Shown here piece by piece: positions 9,405 to 19,814 of a stretch of DNA of 63,576 nt; position 1 is the stretch's first letter, and each line of letters starts with the position of its first letter. Under the pieces are notes generated by a model. It had not been told where the DNA came from and did not search any database. It saw only the letters and a program-made list of their open reading frames with translations. The stretch covers positions 1 to 63,576 of IMG/VR virus record IMGVR_UViG_3300005529_000035; one strand, written 5' to 3'. The position numbers were made by a program, and so were the translations under genes. The DNA is from a virus. Lineage: Duplodnaviria > Caudoviricetes.

Positions 9405-11591
9405 CTAGATGGCCTGCACACTCATCACGACCGGGCCACCGAGGGTGCCGGTGGGCGTGGTCGAGGTGGATCCCAGCGCCAGGATGGTGATCGCGTTGGA
9501 AGCACCCGCGCCGAGCAGGTCGAAGTTGTAGCTGTTCCCGGACGTCAGGCCGCTGACCACAAAGCGCAGGCTGAGCACCAGGTGCTGCGCGGTGCTGGAG
9601 ATCTCCGTCGTGTAGACGTGGCCGAGGACCGGGGTCACGGTGCCGTGGGCGGCCAGGGCGAAGGAGACGTTCGTGCTGGCCGTGGTCATCGAGATCACGA
9701 ACGTCGCGGTCACCAGGACGCTGCCCGACGACGGCGCAGTGAAGGCGCCTGTGTTCACGTTGGCCGAGGAGAACGCGCTCAGCGTTGACGTGCTGCACGT
9801 CAGCGACGTCTGCGATCCCGGCGCGTACTCAACTGGCGTGCGCAGCAGTTGCCCGGAGACTGTGCCGCCGCCTACGGCCGGGTTAGCCCAGGTGCCGTCA
9901 GCGCGCAGGAAGTTCGTGGTCCCGCCGGACGGCTGCGGTATCTGCGGGATCGCCGCGTTCGCTGAGTCGATCAGCGGGGCGATGAGGCTTGCCGCGGTCC
10001 CGTAGACCGTGTTGTTCAGCCACAATCCCCCGGAGGGGATTCCGGAATGGGCCGTGGTCTTCAGCAGCGCTGTGATGCTCGAGCCGTTGGCGTTGCAGTG
10101 GTTGCCGCAGAAGATGAGCTCAGCCGGCGCGGAGACGGTGACTGACACCAGGCTGGCCGCCGTGGAGGTGGACGTGGCCAGGAAGTGGTTGTCCTGGAAC
10201 GAGCCCTTGTCGTTGCCGAGTTGGACGCAGACGGTGTTCCCGGCCTGGTCGAAGTAGTTCCCCGTGATGGTGAAGTCCCCGGCCTGTGAGCCGGTCTGCA
10301 GGTGGAACCCGCCGGACGGCATGCCGGTGTAAGTGAAGTGGTCGTTAACGACCTGGAACCCGCCGCCGCCGGCCGTGGGACCGAGGGTGACCTGCTTGGT
10401 GCAGGAATGCCAGAGGTTGTTCGACATCCGCAGGTCGGTGACCCCGGCGCCGTCCGCGTACAGCCCCTGGTAGGACGCGGAGATCACCGAGTGGTGCAGG
10501 CCGAACCCGACCCCGTTGCCGGACGATGACGAGGACAGCTTGATCGCGGTCCCGGTGCTGCCCGGCCGGTCGAAGTCGCCGAGGAAAGCGTTGGTCACGT
10601 GCACGTCGGCGGTGTCGGTGACCAGCAGCCCGATGCAGTTAGCCGCGTACGTGGACCCCGAGCCGCCGACCAGGCCGGACAGGCACAGGCCCTCGAGGGT
10701 GGTGCCGTTCGGGTTGGTGGTGGGCGCGGACGCGGTGCCGATCGCCACCAGCGGTGTCGCGCTGCCGGTGGGGAACGACGACGACGGGCAGATGTAGCCG
10801 CCAGTGAACGTGTCGGGAAAGACCTGCCGGTTGCCCTGGCCGGTCATGACCACGTTCACGCCCGGCAGGATGGTGACCGTGGAGTCCACGGCGCACTTCT
10901 GCGTGATCACCAGCGGTCCCATGGCGAACCCGCCGCTGATCGCGGAGATGGCCGAGTTGATGGCGGCCTGGTCGCCGCTGGTGCCGGTGATCGTCCCGAA
11001 CGCTTCCGGCCGTGCACCCCACGGCGGCAGCCACTTGCCCGCCGATGAACTCGTGGCCACGATGACGTTGCCGTCCGCGGCGGTCCCGGTGACGGTGACC
11101 CCGCCGACCGCAGAGCCCGCAGGCTGCCAGGTTGCGTGGCCGCTGGCGTCCGAGGTCAGCACGTCGCCGTTGGTGGCGCCGACCGGGATGATCAGCGGCG
11201 GACTGCCGTCGAGGACCAGCGTCCCGTTCAGCGTCCCGCCCGCCGCTATCGCGGGCAGCGACGTCGGCGGCTGCAGGTCCGACAGCTGCTGAGTGGCACC
11301 TGCGGCGAAGTTGAGGAGCAGTTGCTGAGCCGGGGGTGCTCCCGGGAACTTGGGTGCGACCAGCCACGCCCACGAGCCGGGGTTAAGGTCGGCGTTGTCG
11401 GTGGCTACGAGGCTGACCGAAGGCTGCGGGTTCTTCGACAGGTCAACGATGACGGGTGACTGGGTGATCACCAGGTCATCGGCTGCCGCCAGCAGGGTCG
11501 CGACCGGCGTGAACGTGACAGTGCCCCGGGAGACTGCCGCGCCTGTGCCATCTACGTAGTTGCAGACGAGGGTCACGAAGTTCAGCGCCAC
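9405..11591 (-). CDS. Tail fibre/spike with beta-helix domain
   Basis: PEAFG...DQAAINSAI motif, beta-helix repeats, N-terminus paralogous to the neighbouring fibre. Confidence 0.75.
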   Translation of the reverse strand: MALNFVTLVCNYVDGTGAAVSRGTVTFTPVATLLAAADDLVITQSPVIVDLSKNPQPSVSLVATDNADLNPGSWAWLVAPKFPGAPPAQQLLLNFAAGATQQLSDLQPPTSLPAIAAGGTLNGTLVLDGSPPLIIPVGATNGDVLTSDASGHATWQPAGSAVGGVTVTGTAADGNVIVATSSSAGKWLPPWGARPEAFGTITGTSGDQAAINSAISAISGGFAMGPLVITQKCAVDSTVTILPGVNVVMTGQGNRQVFPDTFTGGYICPSSSFPTGSATPLVAIGTASAPTTNPNGTTLEGLCLSGLVGGSGSTYAANCIGLLVTDTADVHVTNAFLGDFDRPGSTGTAIKLSSSSSGNGVGFGLHHSVISASYQGLYADGAGVTDLRMSNNLWHSCTKQVTLGPTAGGGGFQVVNDHFTYTGMPSGGFHLQTGSQAGDFTITGNYFDQAGNTVCVQLGNDKGSFQDNHFLATSTSTAASLVSVTVSAPAELIFCGNHCNANGSSITALLKTTAHSGIPSGGLWLNNTVYGTAASLIAPLIDSANAAIPQIPQPSGGTTNFLRADGTWANPAVGGGTVSGQLLRTPVEYAPGSQTSLTCSTSTLSAFSSANVNTGAFTAPSSGSVLVTATFVISMTTASTNVSFALAAHGTVTPVLGHVYTTEISSTAQHLVLSLRFVVSGLTSGNSYNFDLLGAGASNAITILALGSTSTTPTGTLGGPVVMSVQAI

Positions 11592-11601
11592 GGGCCCTCC
11601 C

Positions 11602-12663
11602 TCACGATCCGGGGACGATCAGGGATAGGAGGGACGAAAAGTCCGATCTGGCGCTCTGCATGGGCGTTATCTGTGCTACTTGGTCATCATCTGAGTAGGA
11701 ATAACTCCCCACGACAAATTCGATCAGCCCAGTAACCTGCTCGCCTCCGAAGGGCGCATCGGTCACCAGCAAACGGGCCACGGTCCCGGCGCTTTCGCAG
11801 CCCAGGTCCACGGGGCTGCCGCCCGTGGTCAGGTACTGGCCGAACCTGACCGTGAACGGCCCGGCGAATGCGGCGCGCTGGTAGCGGGCCAGGATGTCCG
11901 TCCCCACCGCTGCGGCAGAGCCCGAGGACAGGACGCCCGCGTTGGAGATGTCGGAGTAGACCTCGGTCGGGCCGTGCCGGTTGATGTCGTCCTGGTCGAA
12001 CGCATCCGTCACGCCGTAAGTGGTGTTGCCCATGCCGTCATCACTGGCGGTGTACTTCAGCCACACGGTCGTGATGTCGCTGGAGATCGTCCGGGTCACT
12101 GGGACGGTGGACACCAGGAGCCGGTTCACGGTAGACGGGATGGCTGTGACGTGCAGCACGTTCCAGCGGTCGATCTGCCAGACCTGCGCGCTCGGCGTCG
12201 CCAGCATATTCAGATGGTCTGTAACTGTCTGTGACGCTGAATCTGGCTGCTGTGACAGCCAGCCTGAGGCGATGCCTGGATTTACCCACTGGAGGCCGCG
12301 GCTTATGGCTTCATCAACCGGATCGTTGAGATCCCAACTCGTGTAATAAGCCGCAAATTGCGAGCCGAAGGTGCCAGCGCCATGTGCCTGCAGTTGCTGG
12401 CCGTCAACCGCCATCACGGGTTCATTGAGTTGCCCGTACCAAACGCATGAGCCGCCACGGAAGATCTTTATGATCCGGCCCGGGTCGGTGGCTGGAGTCC
12501 TGAATGAGGGGGACACCTGCAGAACGCAGGACATCTGGTCCGCGCCACCGGGACAGGTGTAGCTGTACTGCAATTGGGCGACGTGCCCAATTGAGCCAAG
12601 CCAGCGGGGGTCTGACCCGTCTGGCCGGTATGTGCAAATCTGGCTGGCCGCTCTACGGATCAC
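11602..12663 (-). CDS. Minor tail (baseplate hub/Tal-like) protein
   Basis: Position after Dit; hub-like beta-rich sequence. Confidence 0.6.
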   Translation of the reverse strand: MIRRAASQICTYRPDGSDPRWLGSIGHVAQLQYSYTCPGGADQMSCVLQVSPSFRTPATDPGRIIKIFRGGSCVWYGQLNEPVMAVDGQQLQAHGAGTFGSQFAAYYTSWDLNDPVDEAISRGLQWVNPGIASGWLSQQPDSASQTVTDHLNMLATPSAQVWQIDRWNVLHVTAIPSTVNRLLVSTVPVTRTISSDITTVWLKYTASDDGMGNTTYGVTDAFDQDDINRHGPTEVYSDISNAGVLSSGSAAAVGTDILARYQRAAFAGPFTVRFGQYLTTGGSPVDLGCESAGTVARLLVTDAPFGGEQVTGLIEFVVGSYSYSDDDQVAQITPMQSARSDFSSLLSLIVPGS

Positions 12664-12760
12664 AGCGCCGCGCCTCCGTATCGGCTAAAATCGAACGGAG
12701 ACACGAAGCGGGCCCGGCAAGTTGTGTCAGCAACTCGTGAGTCCGGGCCCTGACGCAAGA

Positions 12761-13510
12761 ATGGAGCTTGCGCCTGTGAATGAGTCTGTCACGCCCTCGG
12801 CCACTGATGAGCGCTGGCGTCCCGTAGTCGGCTTTGAGGGCTTCTACGAGGTCAGTGAGTTCGGGCGCGTCCAGTCGCTGCCGCGCAAGACAGCTACAGG
12901 CATCCGTGGCGGCCAGATCCTCAAGCCGTGGCTCACCACCACTGGATATCTGGCCGTAACGCTATGCAAGCACAACGTGAGATACCGCCGCACTATCCAC
13001 CGGCTCGTCGGTGAGGCATTCATCGGGCCGCTGCCGCCTGGCATGCACACGCGCCATGGACAAAATGGCTCAGGTGATCCGGGCCTTGCGAACATCTGCT
13101 ACGGCACTGCGGCCGAGAACGAGGCTGACAAGGTGCGCGACGGAACCAGCAATCGTGGCGAGCGGAATGGCTGCGCGCGACTGACGCGCGCCCTCGTTGA
13201 GGAGATCCGGTCACGGTATGCGGCTGGCGAGAGCGGAGGTTTGCTCGCTCTCGAGTATGGCCTGAGTTCGTCGCATGTCGGAGAACTTGCTCAGGCGGCC
13301 TGGGGGTTTGAGCCAGTGGTCCGTGTGGCGCAGGGCCACATGCGCGGTGAGCGTCAGCCGAACGCGAAACTGACTGAGGAGATCGTCAGGGAGTGCCGCC
13401 GGCGCCGCTCTGAGGGTGCCACGTATGCCGCGCTAGCGCGGAGTTTCGGTGTGACCAAGGCCGTGATGCGCGAGGCCGTGATCGGCATCACCTGGAAGCA
13501 CGTGGCCTAG
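12761..13510 (+). CDS. NUMOD4-HNH homing endonuclease
   Basis: ERWRPVVGFEGFYEVSEFGRVQS (NUMOD4), HRLV..AF, NICYGTAAEN, two RGE...A(K/R)LT repeats; antisense insertion in the tail operon; start uncertain. Confidence 0.9.
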   Translation: MELAPVNESVTPSATDERWRPVVGFEGFYEVSEFGRVQSLPRKTATGIRGGQILKPWLTTTGYLAVTLCKHNVRYRRTIHRLVGEAFIGPLPPGMHTRHGQNGSGDPGLANICYGTAAENEADKVRDGTSNRGERNGCARLTRALVEEIRSRYAAGESGGLLALEYGLSSSHVGELAQAAWGFEPVVRVAQGHMRGERQPNAKLTEEIVRECRRRRSEGATYAALARSFGVTKAVMREAVIGITWKHVA

Positions 13511-13731
13511 CTCATGAAGCCGTTGTCGATCAGGCGGTCCACCAGCAGGTTGAACTGAGCGGTCACCTGAGGGAGGGTGCTGGTGGTGTCACTGACCCCG
13601 GCCATCTGCGACAGGCCAGACAGGAAGGCGGCGTTGCTGAGTGCCATGCTGGACACGGTTGCCGCGAGGTCGTCGATGCGCTTCTCGTGGGCCTGGAGCT
13701 TCGCGTGCAGTGTGGCATTGCTGACCGCCAT
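13507..13731 (-). CDS. Small tail-associated protein
   Basis: AAAGGGG RBS; coiled coil followed by a FNLLVDRLIDNG motif. Confidence 0.6.
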   Translation of the reverse strand: MAVSNATLHAKLQAHEKRIDDLAATVSSMALSNAAFLSGLSQMAGVSDTTSTLPQVTAQFNLLVDRLIDNGFMS

Positions 13732-13742
13732 TGCTGCCCCCT

Positions 13743-15590
13743 TTATGCCAGTCTGTCCACGAACCATCTGGGGTAATAGTTCGCCCCGATCGCCGGGGCA
13801 CCTTCCACCGCGTAGGCGAACAGCACGCAGTCGGTGCCGCCGTCTACCGTGAGCGGGCCACCGGACACGAACGCCGAGTCCAGCACCGACACGGCCTGCG
13901 TACGGTCAGTGGCCGAGCCGAGCACCCGCCCAAGATCCCGGTCCGGCGTCGGCTCATCCAGGTAATAGGTCACGTAGGACGTGGACGCCTCGTTGATGAT
14001 CACCGTCTGGCCCTGGGTGTCGAGCAGGAGAACGTCCAGGAACCGGTCTGAGGAGTTCGTGTCGGTGATGCCCAGCGTGAAGTAGGCGTCGGTGTTGTCG
14101 GCGGCGATGTCCTTGCCCGGCAGCGTGAGCTCGCCGATGACCGCGATCCCGTTGACGATGTCCGTGCTCGGCGTGAACGTACGGCTCACGGACTGTGTGG
14201 ACGACGGCCCGCTGGTGTACTCGTACTGGTGCAGCGTGATCGTCAAGGTTCTCGGTGACCCCGACGACGCCCACGAGTTCGCCACCGCCACGACCGTGTA
14301 GGTGCCGGAGAACCGGGCGTTCTGGCCGCTGACCTGGCTGGTCACCGCGTACTCGCGGCCATCCGGCGGGTCGGTGACGCTCGTGGTGGACACGAACGGG
14401 GTCAGGTTCAGCGGCGAGTCCGGGCCCGGCCGGTGCGCGACCAGGGTCTTGAACGCGGTCGCCCCGGACTGCTGGAACGTCAGGTTCAGCGGCGCGTGCG
14501 ACGTGCCGACCACGCTGTGCAGCGTGTACAGCGACCCGCGCGCCGATGCCGCAGCACCCGTGGTGACGGGCTGTGCGGTCAGGTCGTCCAGGAAGACGTT
14601 CAGCCAGAACCCGGAGTAGTGCGACACCTTGATGTCGCATGCCACGACCGCGGCGAGATTGAACGAGCCGATCGACCCGGGCAGTGCTGCGGTGACCTGG
14701 TTCCAGGTAGGGGTCAGGTCCAGGCGCCCCACCGTGGACGACACGGTGGTGCCGAACGACACCGCACGCCCGGCCGAGTCCTTCAGCGTGAACGTGACCG
14801 TAGGGGTGACCGGCCCCGAGCCCCAGTAGTCCCACGCCTGCTCTGAGGAGAACCCGATCCACATCTGCAGCGACGTCAGCCCGGTCAGGTTCTTGCTCGA
14901 GAACGTGGCGTGGTAGGTGATGACCTCGCCGTTCTGGCCGTTGAAGGTGGTCGGGTCGTCGAACCCGTTCCAGTACGCCGAGTGGGAGCCGGTGATGTGA
15001 ACGGTGGACGCTGTCCAGCCGGTTCCGCTGACGGTCTCGAAGTCGGTCAGCGTCACCGGGGACGCCGGAGGCGGCGGGATCCCGCCGCCGGTCACCGGGG
15101 AATCGAACGCGAGCCGCTGCGGTGCGTCGCTTCTGCCGTAGGGCAGCGCCTGGAACGAGATGGTGACCTGGGAGACCAGGGACCGGTCGTGCCGCACCGA
15201 GTAGGACACCACGGTCGGCAGGGCCCGGAAGCAGTCGAAGACGAGCGGCAGGCCGCTGTCGCTGGTCCAGGTCAGCGTCCACGTCTGGGCGTCGATGGTC
15301 TGCAGCAGCGTTTCCCGCGCCGCGGTGAGTGTGGCCTGGTCGGCGAGGTCGTCGCCCGTGGCCGGGACGGTGATCACGATGGGCAGCGTCATCGTCCGGT
15401 TCGACGCCCGGCGCCCAAATGGGCGCTCACCATCAAGTATTAATTCGCCTACTATGTCCGTTACCGGCTGCGGCGCACTGAAGTCGTAGCCGGGGGCAAG
15501 CTGGAAGATCGCCCCGGTGCACTGCGGCAGCGTGGACGGCTGGCCGAAACCGAGCAGCTCGATGGCGGAGGCGATCAGGAGCGAGGCCAC
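13743..15590 (-). CDS. Distal tail (Dit)-like protein with inserted carbohydrate-binding-like domain
   Basis: Immediately after the tape measure; NRTMTLPI motif; central aromatic beta-sandwich-like insert. Confidence 0.65.
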   Translation of the reverse strand: MASLLIASAIELLGFGQPSTLPQCTGAIFQLAPGYDFSAPQPVTDIVGELILDGERPFGRRASNRTMTLPIVITVPATGDDLADQATLTAARETLLQTIDAQTWTLTWTSDSGLPLVFDCFRALPTVVSYSVRHDRSLVSQVTISFQALPYGRSDAPQRLAFDSPVTGGGIPPPPASPVTLTDFETVSGTGWTASTVHITGSHSAYWNGFDDPTTFNGQNGEVITYHATFSSKNLTGLTSLQMWIGFSSEQAWDYWGSGPVTPTVTFTLKDSAGRAVSFGTTVSSTVGRLDLTPTWNQVTAALPGSIGSFNLAAVVACDIKVSHYSGFWLNVFLDDLTAQPVTTGAAASARGSLYTLHSVVGTSHAPLNLTFQQSGATAFKTLVAHRPGPDSPLNLTPFVSTTSVTDPPDGREYAVTSQVSGQNARFSGTYTVVAVANSWASSGSPRTLTITLHQYEYTSGPSSTQSVSRTFTPSTDIVNGIAVIGELTLPGKDIAADNTDAYFTLGITDTNSSDRFLDVLLLDTQGQTVIINEASTSYVTYYLDEPTPDRDLGRVLGSATDRTQAVSVLDSAFVSGGPLTVDGGTDCVLFAYAVEGAPAIGANYYPRWFVDRLA

Positions 15591-15608
15591 TGGCTCACCC
15601 CCGCCACG

Positions 15609-18600
15609 TCATCTCGCGCTGAATGCCGACCGCGCGTAGGCGGAACGGCTCACACCGTTGAGCGCGCGGCCGAGGTGACCGCCGGTCTCCGCCGGGTTGG
15701 TCTTCAGCAGCGACACGATCTGCGACAGGTAATACTCGGTGCCGCTGCCGATCGTGGACCCCGCACCCGGCACCGCGGGCAGCCCGGAAACCGGCGTACC
15801 CGGCAGGCCGACGCCAGCCGACGAGGTAGCGAAGTTTGACCCGAACCCCTGGCCGCCTGGCGAGACGAACCCCGGCGCCGAGGGCAGCGACACGAGCTGC
15901 CCGCTCGAGCCCGTGCCGCCGAGACCGCCGCTGCCGCCTCCGCTGATGTCAGCGCCGCCGTAAGCGGCCGGAGGGCCCGGCAGAACCCCGGTGAACGTTC
16001 CCGCTGGCGTGGGCGCCGTCGAGGTGTCCGCAGCGCTCGTGTCATCCGCAGCCGTGGTGTCCGTCCCCGCGCCGCCGTACTTGGTGTCGTCCGGCTCACC
16101 GGTCAGCGACCGCAGCAGCTTGATCTCGGACTCAAGCGTGTCCTCGGACGCGGTCTGCTTCTTGCGGTAGGCGGAGATCGTCTTCTCCTGCTTGGAGATC
16201 TCGGCCTTCAGCGACGCCCGCTTGCCGGCGGACAGGCCCGGGTGCTGCAGCAGGTACAGTTCCTCGCGGTTCACCGGGGCCCGCATCGACTTCAGCTTCG
16301 CCGCGACCGTCTTCTTTAGCTTCCCCAGCTTCGTCACGTCGGCGGCGAGCCTGGCGAGCATGGCCTTCTTCGACTGGGTGGGGATCTTCGGCGCGGGACC
16401 GCCCTTGGGCTTCACGTCGGAGGCGATGAGCTTCTTCAGCAGCGCGATCTTCTTGGTGAGACCGTCTTCCTTCTTGGACTGCGCGTCGCGGTAGTCCTTG
16501 ACGACCTTTTCCTGCTTGGTGATCTGCGCCTCAACGGCCTGGCGGTGTGACTTGGGCCAGCCGGGGTGGTCGAGCAGTTCCAGTTCCTCGCGGCTGATGG
16601 GCCTGCGCAGGACCGCGATGTGCGCCGTGGACGCCTTCTGCAGTTTCGCCAGTTCGTCCTGCGCGGCCTGCAGCGCCTTAGAGTCCCTGGCGTACTGGCC
16701 ACTGCCGGTCCTGGGGTGGACGGCCTTGGGCGGCTTGCCGGTGCCCGCCGCGTACCCGGGCAGCCCTGGCATAGCGTGCATGAGCGACTCGGCGTGCGGC
16801 AGCACCGTCTCGCCGCCGTGCATGCGCACGAGCTCGGGACCTTCCTCGCCGACCCACGCCCAGCCCGGCGCCGCGCCTTGGCTGCCGCGGGCATACCAGC
16901 CGTACTTCTGCTCGTGGGCCCAGGCACCGGATGGCGATCCGTACCGGCCGGCGATGTAACCGAGTCCCCACCTGATCTGCGTTGCCGGGTTCGTGCGCCA
17001 GTCCGGGCCAGCAGATGCCATCTTGGCGGCTGGAAGGGACTGGGGGATGCCGTAAGCGCCGGAGGTGGGATTGGTGGCATTCCAGCGCCACCCGGACTCA
17101 CGGGTCCACAGTTCGTTCAGCGCCGTCCAGTTCGCGCCGGTCCACCCGCGGGCCGCAGCCATGGCCTTGCCGAGCGTGACCGCCGCGCCCGACGACACGG
17201 CACCGCCGATCTGGCCTGTCAGGCCGCTGACCCAGTTCAGCACCGACGTGCCGCCGATCTTCAGGCCCGACAGGAGACTGTGCATGATGGCCTTGCCTTC
17301 GGGGACCAGCAGCTTGCTGTCCACGCCGATCGGGCCCTTGAGGCTCTTGATCACGCTGCCGATCTTGGATATCCAGCCAGCCACCGCATGCCAGGCGTCT
17401 TTCATGCCCGACCACAGCCCGGAGATCACATTGTGGCCAGCGCTGACCAGCCAGTGCCCGGCACCGGAGAATGTGTCCTTGATGTCACCAGGCAGGACAC
17501 CGATATGGCCCATGAGGGTGTGGATACCGCTGACGGCCCGGCTGACGGTGTTCTGCCAGATGGCGTTCCACGCCGCTGCGGCGTCATGCCGTGCCCCGGT
17601 CAGCGTGGACGCGATGTCTCCCCGCAGCCCGTCGAACTGGGACGCCGCGCCGTGACGCAGGCTGCTCACGGTGGACGCGACGTCGTGACGCATGTCATCG
17701 AACCGGGAGGCGGCGGTGTGACGGATATCAGCAGCAGCCGAGGCCACGTCGTGACGCATTCCGTCGAACTGGGACGCCACGCCGTGACGCGCGTCTCCAA
17801 CGGCGCCGACCAGGGTGCTCCAGCCCTTGGATGCGGCGTGCGGCAGGGACTGGGTGAGCCAGTTTTCGACCGGATCCTGAACGTACCGCAGCCAGCCGTT
17901 ATTCACTGTGGCCCAGCCTTTAGCCAGTCCCGCAGCGGCCGAGTCGTTCAGGTGCGGCAGCGTCTTGGCGAAGAAGGTAGTCACCGACATGACGAAGTCC
18001 TGGAACGGCTTGAACAGGATCGCCTTCGACTCGAAGCCGCCAAAAATCTGCGGCATGGCGTTGCTTGAGCCGAGCAGCGGCGAGCCGCTCTGCTGCAGGG
18101 CTCCGCTGAGACGCCCAGCACCGGTCCCGGCAGGCGCGAGGTGATCACCAGCGGCCTTGATGACCGCCCCGAGGGCTATGCCCCAGCCGATGGGGCTGAG
18201 GATCCCTGGGCTGAGCCCGGCCCTTGCCAGCAGCCCGCGGAGGCCCGTGGCGCCTGCTGCCCCCCCGGCGGCAGCCTCACCCCCGCCTGCTGCGCCCGCA
18301 GTCCCGGCGGCGCCCCCTTCTGCGCCTGCGCCCGCCATTGTGTCCGCGGCCCGCTGCATCGCCGCGGAGGCCTCGACCATGGTGTCAGCGGCCTTCTGCA
18401 TGCCCGTCGCAGCGCCGAACTTGCTGCCCAGATCGATCTTGCCGCCGGTCAGCAGTTTCAGCAGCGCCGCAGCGCCCTGGCCGGCCCAGTTGATCGCTAC
18501 GGAGATGATCTTGCGGCCGGTACTGAACTTCGAGATCAGCAGCAGCGACGCCGCCACATCGGTGACCGGGGCGACGATGGACTTGGGCAGCCGCGCGAGC

Positions 18601-19775
18601 AGGCCGAAGAAATCGGACAGCACCTTCAGTTCGGTGATGCCGCCAGCGCCAAGACCGCCGCCAATGTTGACCAGCGCCTTGCCGAAGTTGGCCAGGAACT
18701 GCCCGACCACGGGCCCGTTGATGTGCAGCCAGGCCAGGAACTGCTGAACCTCAGTGCGGGACCGGTCCGACTGTGCCCATGACAGGAACGAGCGGCCCAT
18801 TTCGGAGATGCCACGGTCGACGTCGTCGATCAGTGGCTTGAACTGGGGCAACAGGATGATGAAGCCGTTCAGGAAGTTGAGGACGCCGCCGCCAGCCGCT
18901 CCCACCACCTGGGAGCCTTCACCCGCGATGAACTTGGCGAACGTGCGGAACTCGCCTGAGTTAACCAGGGCGCGGAAACTGTACCCGAGTCCGCCGACAA
19001 CGGTGCTGACGTCCTTGATGACCGGCTGCAGGAAGTGCATTGAGTCGGTGATCGCGCCGAGCCACGGCTTCACGGACAGGGCGATAACCGGGGTGACGGA
19101 CTTCCGCAGGTCATCCCACTTCTGTGACAGGTCACCAATCTGCTTCGACAGGGCAACCTGTGCGGGAGACATGCCCGCATACGCCTTGGCGATGGCCAGT
19201 TGCTCGGCCTTGTACGCCGTGGCCTTCTTGGTGCCCGCTTCGATGGCGGCGTTGTAGGCGGTCTGCGCCTTCTCCACGGCCTTCGCGGCAGTGGATGCCT
19301 GGCCCAGGACGCCTTTGGCGGTCAGCCCGTAGGCCGCGAGGGCGCCACCGCCAGCGGTGAACGCACCGCCGAGCGCCGCTGCCGCGCCGGTTGCCACGCC
19401 GAGCAGGCTGATCGCCGGGGGCAGGGCAGCGACAATGCCGGTGGCCAGCAGCGGCACCCCGCCAAGACCCTTGCTGATCTTCGAGCCGAGGGTCTCGAAC
19501 TTCTTCGAGGTCCGGTCGATGTCCGATTCAGCGGTCTTGGTGTTGACCTTGAGGGTCGCGGTACTGGTCGTGTGGCCGAACTTGTCGGCCTTGGCCTGGG
19601 CCTTGTCAATGTCCAGGATCGCCGGCCTGGGGTCGGCCTCCAGTTTCGCCTTGTACGGGTCCTTGGCGAACTTCTCCGCGTCGGCCTTGGCCTGCTTCAG
19701 GTCGCGGCTGAACTGATCCTTGGAGACCGTGAGCCGGGCGGCGATCTCGCCAGCGTCAAAGGAGATGGCCGCCAC
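15609..19775 (-). CDS. Tape measure protein with lytic transglycosylase (SLT) domain
   Basis: 1388 aa, Ala/Gly-rich, 11-aa repeats (RHDVAS), RESGW...GAYGIPQ...NPATQIRWGLGYIAGRYG, VGEEGPELV. Confidence 0.92.
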   Translation of the reverse strand: MAAISFDAGEIAARLTVSKDQFSRDLKQAKADAEKFAKDPYKAKLEADPRPAILDIDKAQAKADKFGHTTSTATLKVNTKTAESDIDRTSKKFETLGSKISKGLGGVPLLATGIVAALPPAISLLGVATGAAAALGGAFTAGGGALAAYGLTAKGVLGQASTAAKAVEKAQTAYNAAIEAGTKKATAYKAEQLAIAKAYAGMSPAQVALSKQIGDLSQKWDDLRKSVTPVIALSVKPWLGAITDSMHFLQPVIKDVSTVVGGLGYSFRALVNSGEFRTFAKFIAGEGSQVVGAAGGGVLNFLNGFIILLPQFKPLIDDVDRGISEMGRSFLSWAQSDRSRTEVQQFLAWLHINGPVVGQFLANFGKALVNIGGGLGAGGITELKVLSDFFGLLARLPKSIVAPVTDVAASLLLISKFSTGRKIISVAINWAGQGAAALLKLLTGGKIDLGSKFGAATGMQKAADTMVEASAAMQRAADTMAGAGAEGGAAGTAGAAGGGEAAAGGAAGATGLRGLLARAGLSPGILSPIGWGIALGAVIKAAGDHLAPAGTGAGRLSGALQQSGSPLLGSSNAMPQIFGGFESKAILFKPFQDFVMSVTTFFAKTLPHLNDSAAAGLAKGWATVNNGWLRYVQDPVENWLTQSLPHAASKGWSTLVGAVGDARHGVASQFDGMRHDVASAAADIRHTAASRFDDMRHDVASTVSSLRHGAASQFDGLRGDIASTLTGARHDAAAAWNAIWQNTVSRAVSGIHTLMGHIGVLPGDIKDTFSGAGHWLVSAGHNVISGLWSGMKDAWHAVAGWISKIGSVIKSLKGPIGVDSKLLVPEGKAIMHSLLSGLKIGGTSVLNWVSGLTGQIGGAVSSGAAVTLGKAMAAARGWTGANWTALNELWTRESGWRWNATNPTSGAYGIPQSLPAAKMASAGPDWRTNPATQIRWGLGYIAGRYGSPSGAWAHEQKYGWYARGSQGAAPGWAWVGEEGPELVRMHGGETVLPHAESLMHAMPGLPGYAAGTGKPPKAVHPRTGSGQYARDSKALQAAQDELAKLQKASTAHIAVLRRPISREELELLDHPGWPKSHRQAVEAQITKQEKVVKDYRDAQSKKEDGLTKKIALLKKLIASDVKPKGGPAPKIPTQSKKAMLARLAADVTKLGKLKKTVAAKLKSMRAPVNREELYLLQHPGLSAGKRASLKAEISKQEKTISAYRKKQTASEDTLESEIKLLRSLTGEPDDTKYGGAGTDTTAADDTSAADTSTAPTPAGTFTGVLPGPPAAYGGADISGGGSGGLGGTGSSGQLVSLPSAPGFVSPGGQGFGSNFATSSAGVGLPGTPVSGLPAVPGAGSTIGSGTEYYLSQIVSLLKTNPAETGGHLGRALNGVSRSAYARSAFSAR

Positions 19776-19814
19776 CTCCCGCCGTGCGGCGCGGTGGAGT
19801 GCGATGATTACCGG

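Noticed and set aside
9385-9798. Extended N-terminus of the 635-aa ORF in the track
   Set aside because: Overlaps the upstream fibre gene; the paralogous start at 9384 is far more plausible
4556-11591. Diversity-generating retroelement or invertase-driven fibre switching
   Set aside because: No reverse transcriptase, no adenine-specific TR/VR pair and no inverted crossover sites seen; the repeats are short and direct
17560-17800. GTGACGC/33-bp DNA repeats in the tape measure
   Set aside because: Explained by in-frame 11-aa protein repeats typical of TMPs
13954-18068. Long alternative-frame ORFs (e.g. 13954..15282, 16566..18068; also 40050..41669)
   Set aside because: Shadow ORFs of high-GC genes with Arg/Pro/Gly-biased junk translations
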